A stretch of 42,265 nt of DNA from Atractiella rhizophila. Lineage: Eukaryota. Each line of letters opens with the position of its first letter. Position 1 is the first letter of the stretch. Position numbers and translations under genes: made by a program. Positions 11,283 to 21,661 of this stretch are shown piece after piece. The stretch spans positions 114,352 through 156,616 of the forward strand of contig MU271209.1 of NCBI GenBank assembly GCA_021432655.1, written 5' to 3'. The notes under the pieces are model-generated. The model was not told the DNA's origin and did not search any database. It saw only the letters and a program-made list of their open reading frames with translations.

Positions 11283-12942
11283 ATGGCCCGTCTCTCGCTC
11301 TCGCTCACTCTCTTGCTTGTTAGAACTGCCCACAGCATTCGCAGATACGAAGTTATTGATGACACCAGCGATGCCATAGTATACTCGGATGGGGTACGTC
11401 AGTTCTCATGCCTTCGGAGCGAGCGTAATCACTTACGGTCGGAAAGAACTGGGCATTCGTCAACCAAGGCACCACAGGTTTTTGGAATAAAACGACACAT
11501 TACAGCTCTACGGCGGGCTCGACTGCAACAGTCACTTTCAATGGAACAGTTCGCACCTCCCTGTCCTCTTCCGACGAGAGTACTGAACTCATTCAATAGG
11601 CTATTACTTATTACGGTCTCCAAAATGTAGACCACTCCACCTTTACCTGCACTTTGGACGGTGGGGAAGTAGTGCAACTGTCTGGTCAAGGTCCCGCTTC
11701 CACGAACGCGCCATTTTGCTCATTTCACGGTTTGGAGGACGCTACCCATTCTCTTCTCCTCACGAATACGGCAGGAGCGTCCATGAATGTCGATTATTTC
11801 ATTGTAGAATTCGACGACGGAGGTCAGGCTGCGCTGCAAGGAAGTGAAAGCTCGAGGGTGTATAAGAACGTCACAGTGGATGATCAAGATGTGGACAGCA
11901 TAACATATGACGGTGTCAGTTGTTTCTTTGTTGCTTCATTGCTTCATGGCTTCCTAGCTGATATGGTTTGCTGATGGTTCCAAGACATGGGTTTCCTATA
12001 CCAACATCGACTCCTTCCTCAGAACAGATCATTTTACATTTGGTGTAGGGAGTGCGACACTTAACTTCAGTGGCGCAACGGTTTGCCCTTGCATCTCTCC
12101 GCATCCGGGGATCCTATCTGATCAAAACACAGGCAGTTTATTACACCGGCTACAACTACTTGAACCATGGGCAGGGTAGCTGCTCCTTGAGCGACGGTCG
12201 ACCGGATGTTTTGTTTAATGGATACTCTCCCACCGCGGATTATCCCGTCTTCTTGTGCTCGTTTACAGATCTGGATCCTGAAAGGGTAGGGGGATATAAC
12301 ATGACGGTGAGGAATTTGGCGGATGGGACGGGTTTGGATGTAGATGTTTTCGTGTGCGTCGGTTACTTTCTTGATTTGCCTTTCTAATGCTTAAACAGTC
12401 TAACAATCCCCTACAATCCACCGACGACTTCCTCGGGTAAGAAGAAGAATAATGCAATTGGCGCAGCGATTGGAGGGGCTGTTGCGGGCGTGCTGCTCGT
12501 CGTGATCACCTTCTTCCTTTACCGTTACCGCCGCCACTTCCGCAGACTGCCATTTTCTAAACCCCAGGCACTCCTGCACAGCCGTACTAGTGATACTGGC
12601 AACACTCCGTCCCCGTTCAGCCCTCCTCCACTTTCTGCCACGACGAAAGAGAACACTAGCAGTCCCTCGTCTGACCGTCCAATATCCGGACCTTACGGAG
12701 ATTATGAACACGGGGGAGAAGAGGTGAAGGAGATTATGAACGCGCATCAACTACGCTCGATAACCCCTACCGCAGAAGCGTTCCAAAGCGGAGTCGCTAG
12801 AGGATGGCATCCTTCTTCACATCCTACCATGGCACAGACGGATCTCCAAAACCATCCGCAGGCATTGGAATATGGCGGAAGCCCTTGGCCGTCCAAATTT
12901 CCGGAGATTCAAGGAACTGGAGATGGCGGAAGAGGGGGTTGA
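11283..12942 (+). CDS. type I single-pass membrane protein with two repeated extracellular 'DDxxxxIxY' domains
   Basis: Signal-like MARLSLSLTLLLVRTAHS; repeats VIDDTSDAIVYSDG and TVDDQDVDSITYDG, each followed by an FCSFxxL...(V/D)DxF(I/V) pattern. TM helix AIGAAIGGAVAGVLLVVITFFLY then RYRRHFRR; Pro/Ser-rich tail. Confidence 0.75.
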
Positions 12943-13347
12943 GGATCTTCCATTGTCACGACCGTTTGTTCTCTTAACACTACGATTATCACTGTGATCT
13001 CCCATTATTGTAAGGCGATGCAGCATTAACATTAGTACCAAGCTCTGTGGCTTTGGGAGGCAGGTGTTTTCAGCAGTCGTTGGCTCTCTCGCCCGACACC
13101 AGTTGCAAGGGGCACTCCCATTGAAGCCCTGAGGGTTTGGGTGTAATACGAAATGTTCACATCCACATCAGATTTCCTCAGAGGCAAGTGTATGAGTTAT
13201 ATTGGTATAGCTTTCATGGTGAGTGGTGAGGGAGGGCTCAAAAATACTTCTTATGACTGATGCCAAAAAGCTAAGTAACTGAGGAAAACAACTTTCCCGA
13301 CAGCGTTTGTGTACATAAATGGCCTACAAGACCTTTTCAACATGTGA

Positions 13348-13431
13348 GTTTGGATAGCTCAGCTGGTTAGAGCGCACGACTGTTATCATCAAGCAATCGT
13401 GAGGTCGAGAGTTCAATCCTCTCTCTGAACG
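13348..13431 (+). tRNA. tRNA-Asn (GTT) with 10-nt intron (13386-13395)
   Basis: Acceptor stem GTTTGGA/TCTGAAC, D-arm GCTCAGCTGGTTAGAGC, anticodon stem CACGA/TCGTG with GTT, T-arm GAGAG-TTCAATC-CTCTC. The intron sits at the canonical 37/38 position. Confidence 0.95.
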
Positions 13432-13432
13432 C

Positions 13433-13438
13433 TTTTTT
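13433..13438 (+). terminator. RNA polymerase III oligo-T terminator
   Basis: TTTTTT immediately after the tRNA 3' end. Confidence 0.8.
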
Positions 13439-13689
13439 CCACCTTGGATGTCACTCCTTTCTCCGTTTTCTCCGTCTTTTATGTGTCACCTTGTTCTGTT
13501 CTTCCTCCTTCAAATATAACGCTCTTCCAGCAATGCAGTCGGATTTTTGACATATTGATGATTAACATTTGGCCAACTTTTCCCGCTACTTTTCCTGCTA
13601 CAAGCGATAAGGGACGCGGTCAGGTACTCTTTTTGTTTTGGAGAAGAAAGAGAAACATCAATTTGCACAGTATGCATTGCATGGGCTCC

Positions 13690-15265
13690 TCAATGAACCC
13701 ACTTTCTTGTCTTCTCTTCTCCTTCTTTCGTCTTCCTGCTTAATACCTCCCTCACCTTTTCCTCTACTCCCTCCTTTTGCTTCCACTCTTTTACTAACTT
13801 TTGTATAATCTCTTCTTCCGTCAGTGCATATGAGCCGCTGGTCTTCGTCTCTCCCCGGACGACTTTGGCAATATAGTCTTCGGAGGGAAGGGAAAGGGGC
13901 AGTTCGGCATGTGGATAAGATTTAAATGGTTTCGAAGGGGGAGATGAGAGAGAGGAGGGAGTCGAGAATGAGAAATATGCGTCAAGATCGGGTGAGGGAG
14001 ATTGCCATTTTGGCGGCGTTTTTGATTTTTGGATAAGCAAGGAAGCGACTCCGTCCCTGAAATCGGTGTGCAAGTTTGGTGTCTGCAATAGTCGTCCAGT
14101 TATAGTCTTTAGCCAGACACGAGGTGGAGGGATCAGACTCACGCAACAAGCACAAGCTAGGCTCCAATCCATACCAAAAACCTGATCAATATCCATATTC
14201 TTTGCCCTCCGGTATTGCTCCACAGTTACCTGACAACTAGTGGGGGATCTACTCTCAATTGTTTTCTTGGTTTCTTCCGCCCAGGGCTTGAGCTCTCCTT
14301 CCACTTTCCCAAGGTCCTCAAGTATATGTGCGAGAGTCCGATCTTTCTTCTTGACAGAAAAAATGCGGTCGATGGCTTCCCGCTTCGCGCCAACAAACTC
14401 AAACGGTGCTGGCTCTGCACCTGCGGATTCGAAAGGTCGGACGATTGAATCGATGAAGAGGAGAGCCTCTTTCTGCTCCGTTGGCCAATCTGAATCTTTG
14501 ATTGCCGCCAAGCGGTCGACTAGTGCTGGGATCTGAGAGGAGGGGACGAAGTGGCTTGCGACACCAGCTTGACTGTTCATAGCCTTGTATCAGATGACCT
14601 TCTTAGTGTAGACAATGGGATGACGAACTATGCAGCATATCCTGCTAACCGGGCAGAGGTGAGACCTAGGTAAAGACCCAATCCACCATCCATCCGCGAG
14701 AGGAAGAAAGAGGCCCCGACATCGGGAAATAGGCCGATCGTCGTCTTTTGCAGAGTATTGTCAAGATCATGATGAATTATTAGACTTAAACACGCACTTC
14801 AGGCATGGCGAAGAGCGTTTTTTCAGTAGCGATCCGAAAAGGTGCATGGATACTGATACCAACTCCACCACCCACTATCGCAACAAAAAAGCGTCAACTC
14901 ACTGTCTTCATCGCAAACGGAAGAGGTAACGTACTGACAATCCCATCCCACAACGCCACTATAGGCTTCTCAAATTTGGCCAAAAGGATGTCGGCTTCAT
15001 ATTCTGTCTTGAAGAAATCATAACAAAGCCCTTCATCCGGCGGATCCTTCTGTAACGCTTTGGATAAGGAGACGACATCTCCTCCAGCACAGAAGGCGCG
15101 GCCTTCACCTCGTAAGACGACTGCGCGGACAGCGGAAGAGGTGGCGTAAGAGTTGAAGGCGCTGGAGAGCGAGACACACATATCGTGCGTTAGCGAATTC
15201 AGAGCGGAGGGTCGGGTTAAAGTTACGCTGGGAAGGGAGGTGGAAAGGCTGCTCGTGGTAACATG
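13690..15265 (-). CDS. HIBCH: 3-hydroxyisobutyryl-CoA hydrolase (crotonase family; HIBCH/EHD3-like); first exon unresolved
   Basis: [102 protein letters not shown]. No clear ATG exon was found upstream of the acceptor at 15265. Confidence 0.9.
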
Positions 15266-16361
15266 CTGTCAGGACTCCCATCAGCAATGTTGTTCATTAT
15301 TTTATATCACTGGAAGGTACAATAGTGCAGCAGAGCCGCCGTTTTGCGACAAAACCCAATCGACAGAGGTAGAAGGATCAGCGATGGCTAGAAGAATGAC
15401 AGCATGAAACAAGCACTGACCATCCAAAGTGAACATAGGGTCTAAGGTGAATGTGCAGTGTAAAGGCAGCCGCTCTTATTGTCGTAGGCTTGTTAGAGCA
15501 TATCCAGCTATGGGATTCAGTAGAATATATGAAATCTCTGCGTAGAGCGTTAATTTAAGCATCAAACTTGTTCTTGTGTCCTGAATAGACAACATGGTCA
15601 TGAAGAGGGTTTCCAGGCACATACCGGCATATCCGTGCAACGTTGGCCCTTCATCAAGTCATTTTTTCAAAAGTTTCGATGCAGTTCTACCGCTATCGCT
15701 CTGGTAGTTTAGCCAGAATTTTGACAACCAGGTAACAGTCGGCATACCATCATCCTAGGAAGTGCCGCTATGGCTCCAGCAGAAAGAAAACTTTGGAACT
15801 CGTCTATTGAGATGTTGGGCTTTCTGTTAAGAGCAATACTTTGGCAGCTCAACTCTCTCCGTTCAATTGGGGTGATGGGGTTAACAACGAAGCCCATGCC
15901 ACCTCTTGGCATGAGATACAATCCACACAACAAATCATAACAAAACCCTCACGACCATCAATCAAAACGCACCTGTTCAGACGGGGCAGCACCGTTGGAC
16001 AAATGTCGGGCTGCCATCATTGCCCTCTGGGTCCCAGTCGCGTTACCCAACTTCGACATTGACAGATGTGTAAGACCTCCGCGTGCAAGTGGAGTTGTGA
16101 GAAACTGTGACAGACGAAATGCCATGAGACTGGATCGACTGCTTTCGTCGTTGGACCAGGGACTATTAAATGAGTAACATTGGCAAATGAGATAAACTTT
16201 GACCCGTTTGAAATTGTCCTAGATCTTTCTTGTGACTTCGGGTCCGTGATCGCAGCAAACGTCAACTCTTCAACTCTGCACTTGAAAATGGTGAAGCTGA
16301 CGCTCTGTCAAGGACCGATACCCAAATCTACGTGTGAAGTGTCTCCCTATCCTATCCTGTA

Positions 16362-18962
16362 ATGTCCTCCGATCCTGTTCCCCCAAAGAAGAAACGCAAT
16401 CCCAGAATCGTCCTCAAGGACAAGCGGTTCGTCTCGTCTTTCCCCTGCAACCGTCGAGCAGTAGAAGCTGAAATATCATTGGGAAAAGATGGGAGCTGGG
16501 CGAACTCAATAGTGGTGGATACTCCTCTTCAAGACAGCTCGAGGCTGATATTTCCAAAATAAGACGACGACGTAGGCTCAATGACTTGACAACTCCAAGC
16601 TCAAACGATGGTAACAAACCGAAGTCGCGACCGAGAGAGAGGGTATCGAAGACGCGGCAAGGACATGCCTCTCATGCTTCTTTGAAGGGAAAGAGAGCCA
16701 AAAAGGAAGAGCCTCAAGAGATAGAGCTTGCGGATGAAAGCCACCTTAGAGCAATCAAACCTCTCCTAGAGATCTTCCGCGTTGGTTCAAGCTCTCCAGA
16801 TGCTAGATTGGCAAATATTCAGCTTGCCTGTTCATTAGGAGATCATCTCATGCTTTGTACGCTTTTCCCTGTCATGTACATCAATAATTTATGCTTACTG
16901 CCAGAGCATAGTGTCAGCAAGCGAGATCCGTTTACGTGTTTCGGTTAACTCAGAAGAACTCCCTGTGTCTTGGAGCAACTACCATGAGATGAAGACTGGG
17001 CAGGAAGAGATGAACAAGTACGCTGAACTGTATGTTGCTTTGAGGCTTGCAGTTGGAGCAGAGAAGACGAACCATTCTGTCAGTCTTCGTTTACTCCTAC
17101 AAAAAGTGATCATCTTCATTGCCCGTAGTTCTGACTTGTCTGTAGGCTATACTCGGCTCCTCATTCACTCCTACAATCCCACCGCAAACGCTCGCAGACG
17201 ATCTTCTTGACCTTCGTCCTCAAGGTCACGCGCGTTCCTATGCACACCTTTCTCTCGTCATGAACTGCCTCGAAAAGGTTCTACATCCTTCCTCGCCTTT
17301 GCGACAGGTAACGCCCGAGTCACTGGAGTACGCATCCCTCATCATGTATCTACTCAGCAATTTGCAGCCCACGAGAGAGATGCTCGAGCTTATGAAGATC
17401 ATTTGGAGGTGTTTTCTGGGGCTATTCCGCGCGGCTGATTTGGAAGGAAAGAAAAAGCTACTGGGGAAGTACTTTGAGTTGTTATTTGTAGGTGCCTATT
17501 CTCCTGATCTCGGTGTATCATGATCCCAATGGAACGAACAAGGTGTACGACGTCAAGTTCCACGCCTACTTTAACGAAGTGCCTGCGTTGTACTTAGTTC
17601 TTCTCCCTCTCGCCCACGCTAGGAAGATTTAATTGTAATTGTTCAACAGATCAGATGCAGAAGGTTGGGAAATCGCAAAGCACAGCGAGAACAATCATCA
17701 ATTCTTCCTCGACCCTTTCGCATTCGCAACTGCCAGTCCATCCGCCAAGCAGCACGAGAATACCTATTGGTGCCACCTTTGGAGTGTGGCGCGCTATCTA
17801 TCAGGCTGCAGTACAATCTTCTCCCCCTCGATGTACGAAGCTAGTTAACTGGTTTAGCAGTGATGCGCCTGCGGCGAGATGATTTTTCCCAAACAGAGGC
17901 GGAAAACGCCGCCTCGACGATATACGATTTTCTTGTCGCTTTCCGTCAATGGCGTTCCTCCTCCTTTTCCCCAACTGGCGTTCTTCCCTCATCGCAAACA
18001 CCTTTCCCGCCTCTGTACACGCTCGGGGGGACCCCCGAATCATTCACTACTTCACTGACCGTAAGGAGAGAAGAATCAATGAACGTTTCCAGTGCTGCTT
18101 GCTTCGTAGAAAGCTGTTTGCGGCGCTTTCCGCTCAGTAAAATACTAGAGCGACTGAACGTGTTTATGCGAGATATTTGTGACCTTCACATCAGGCTCAC
18201 ACTCCAGTTCTGCAGCTTCGTGATCAAGATGTTAGAGCATAGGAGAGAGCACGTTATTCTTGGGAGGTGTGGCAATGCTCTGTCCCCAACGACTTTCTTC
18301 GACTCTCTGCCAACTGGATGGAGGTATATTGCGCATTATATTGAACGCTTTCCGTCGTTCCGCCCTTTGATATTTAGGCTCGTTGCTCGTTGCTTCTTTA
18401 CAGAGAAGGCACATCTGACGAGATCAACAGAATCATTTATATCCATAAGCATGCTGCATGGCTCAACAGCAGGATCTCAGCTCATATCGCAGAATTTGAG
18501 GACGAGTTGGATAAAGTGCGATTTCCATCCCTCTCTCATGCTCTGCTAACATATTGTCAATAGATCGAGGAGCGGAAACATATTTTCCTATCCATGCCTG
18601 CATCACCAGATCTTAGCAGTTTCCCATCTGTCTTCCAAGCAGCACCAGGATCACACGTGGGTCTTTCACCTTTGATCATCCTCGTTGAAACGACAACTCA
18701 CTTACATTACCACCCGTCCTAGTCCGCCTATTCCCCTTCAAACTCAGATTCGACAGTTCCTACTCCTCCAGAAGCTGCGATGGAGGCGCAGATGCAAATA
18801 AAAAGGGTAGGCTTCTTCTCATTGCTCTGTGGGTTGCTCAGTTCTTGTCAGGAGGACGATTCTCCCACAGCTTTGTTCCGTGATTCCCCTCCTTCACCTA
18901 AACTCGACGATTTCCCTGATACCCTTACAAGTCTTTTTGTTGTTGCTTCTCAATCAGCTTGA
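16362..18962 (+). CDS. large multi-exon hypothetical protein (5' boundary uncertain, may begin about 15.6-15.9 kb)
   Basis: A chain of + ORFs separated by GT..AG introns of typical size. The last exons splice cleanly (...EDELDK|IEERKHIF...GSH|SAYSP...IKR|EDDSP...SQSA*, stop 18960-18962). No domain recognised with confidence. Confidence 0.55.
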
Positions 18963-19044
18963 TCATGGAACCTTCTCAGTTAGTCCTCTGTTAGAAGCAT
19001 CTATTGTCTACTGCAGATTTATCCGTAACTGTATTAACAAGAGG

Positions 19045-21007
19045 CTAATTCAACAGTGCTGGCTTTCTGTCGCGAAGAGCTCGCTCAGCATAAAGCTGTA
19101 TCAACTCCCACGCTTTATCCACATGTTCCTCCCTGGTAGTAATCCCTCCAACGGCGAGTCGAATGCAATAAACGCCATTGATGATAGTTGAGGAAATCAT
19201 AATGTCTCTATCCTGTTCAATCGTAGCATAGAACTTTTTATTCAATGCATTGAGCTCCTCCTCGTTCGCATTGGCGTCGGTGAGGCGGAAGACGACGAGG
19301 CCCCAACGACGGGGAACGAGGAGGGAGAAAGAGGAGGACGAGCGAATGTAAGACTCGAATCGAGAAGCTAGTTCGCAGTGTCGACGTAAGTGCGCTTGGA
19401 AGCCGGAAACTCCCTGGATCCGCGTGTCAGGTCAACTCTGGCTATCTACTAATAAGAAAGAAAGGAGATGAAGACTAACATAGGAACGAAGGACGAATAG
19501 GATCTTCAGACTTCTGAACCTTCTCCCTATCCACATACATTCTTCAGTCCCCCTACGATTTTCTGTAGATTAGAAGCGAGACATACCAAGCCCCAGATTC
19601 CAATTCCGATAATCAATGACCGTGCCCTGATCCCCTACCGCACTCCTCAAATAAGGTGGCGTGATGCTGAGAGCGTCAGTGAGCATCTTCCTCTCCCTGA
19701 TCCACAGGCATGTAGCGTCAAAAGTGGTGAGACCAGCTTTATGCATGTTGGTACTGAAAGAGTGGACTTGTCCTGGTGCGGTCCCGTCTCCTTCTACGAA
19801 GGCGTTGATCTCCTCCAATCGTGCCTGTGCACGGTTTTCCGGGCACGCGAGGTAGACTCCACCCCACGCTGAGTCGACGTGTACGAAGAGGGATGGATAA
19901 TCTCTCGCTAACGCAAGTGGTTATGTCAGAAGGGCAGAGTGAGGGAATGAGATGACAACTGACAGACGGCAACAATTTCAGAAACGAAATCGATGGAGCC
20001 TGCATTCGTGGTTCCGACGGTAACAACTTCATGTGCCATGAGTATCTCGCTAGTAGAAGGACAAGCACATAGCTCACCTACGAGAAAGGGGACGAGACCC
20101 TTTGCCACATCCTCCTCCACGGCCATCCTCAACGTCTCTCCCCTCAATCCCAAACCATCCTCCATTTCTACCTCCAAAGCTCTATATTGAACTCCAAAAA
20201 CCAGCGCCGCCTTCTTTCCCACACTGTGAGTCTCCGTCGAGCCATACATCACGAGCTTGCTCCTGATCTCATCCGGCTCTCGACGGAGCAGTGGCTCCAG
20301 CGAAGGAGAGGAGTAGTACGAGAAAGCACGCTCTCGAGCAGCCACAGTGATCACAAGCAGAGCCTCGGAGGCGCTTCCCTGGATCACTCCCCCTCCGCGT
20401 TCGGAGGTAGAGAGGAAGGAAGGGGAGAGACCGAGCAGTTTAGCGACCCAGTCAACCATCACCACTTCGAGCTCAGCTGCAAACGAGTGGTCAATGTGGT
20501 TGCCGAAGAGGCGTTAAGGACGCACTGCACGCTGGTGATGCTACCCACTAGAGGCAATATGTAAGCTTCGTCGTAACGTCAGAGGCAGGCAAAACACGAA
20601 CACTAAAACCCGGATTCGAGACAGCTCCAGCGAACATGTCCGCGACAATGGATTCGAAGGAGGAATTGGACGGAAAAAAAGCAAAAAAACCGGGATGCTG
20701 CCAGTGCGTTATCCTATACCATTCATCCATCCAACAGGACTATCAAAAACGCTATTCATAATATAATAACGCATATCAAAGGGCAAAGAAGATGAAATTT
20801 GGCCTACCCGGGAAGGACAACCCTCCCAAAATCCTTCATGACTTCCTCGAACGGCGCGCCATCCTGTGGCGGCTCATTCGGGAGAAGTTCCTTGATGTAC
20901 CCGGGCTTCGCGGTGGATTGGACGGTCTGGGATGGGAGGGTGGTGTAGTAATCGCATATTTGGTCCACAGCGGCGTATGCGTTTCGACGGAAGGCTTCGA
21001 TATCCAT
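19045..21007 (-). CDS. PLP-dependent aromatic L-amino acid decarboxylase (group II), copy 1
   Basis: MDIEAFRRNAYAAVDQICDYY, ITHWQHPGFFAFFP, GFSWVASPACTELE, GGGVIQGSASEA, STETHS, GTTNAGSID, VHVDSAWGG, STNMHK (PLP Lys), ITPPYLR, DYRNWNLGLGRRFRSLK, IRLAVG. Confidence 0.95.
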
Positions 21008-21661
21008 CTTCTAACTGGTGGCTGACTGATTCTAGTTTGGAGCAAAGGTAACACTAATCTATGGAGGATGTCTACGCTCTGTTGCTCTATGCCTCTCTGC
21101 CTGCTTTTATCGTTTTTCGTAGGCTATTTATTTGCCAAAAGTTGGATTTTCAAACGGATTGAATGAATTGAGCTTGAGTCGACCGTAAGCGGGGAGGAAC
21201 GGCTGGCACGGAGAGACAGCAAACAAACTTGTAACATGAGCAAAATATGTGTAAGCTCTTACACAAGCTGATACATGCACCAGCAGGCTTGTCAGCTATC
21301 AACCCATCGATCATGATGGGAGGGACAGTTGGTGGCGTAGGCTGCAAGGGCGCAGTGATGTTGCAGAACGATCGCATTGATCATTGATAAAATACAATTG
21401 GTACTACTAGTATAACGTAAGGACTGAGAGAACGTAAGGTGCGTCGCAGGAATGCACAGTCAACATGATATTGATAGGGCCTGAGGCTGGCATTTGGCGA
21501 ATTTGGGCATTGGAGACAAAACATACGCTATCATCCCCCTAATCCTAAGTTTCTCATGTTGCCCAGTCTACTTCCTGAACCACGTACACAGTTTCATGCT
21601 GAAATCAAGAAGGGCATCATTAGAAATGACACAGGTGCAGCTCACACGTAAGCATCACATT

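Noticed and set aside
17640..18400. Faint resemblance of the orphan gene to Mms22/Mus7 (W..I....RLVARCF)
   Set aside because: Too few residues, and the apparent motif probably runs into an intron; needs a profile search.
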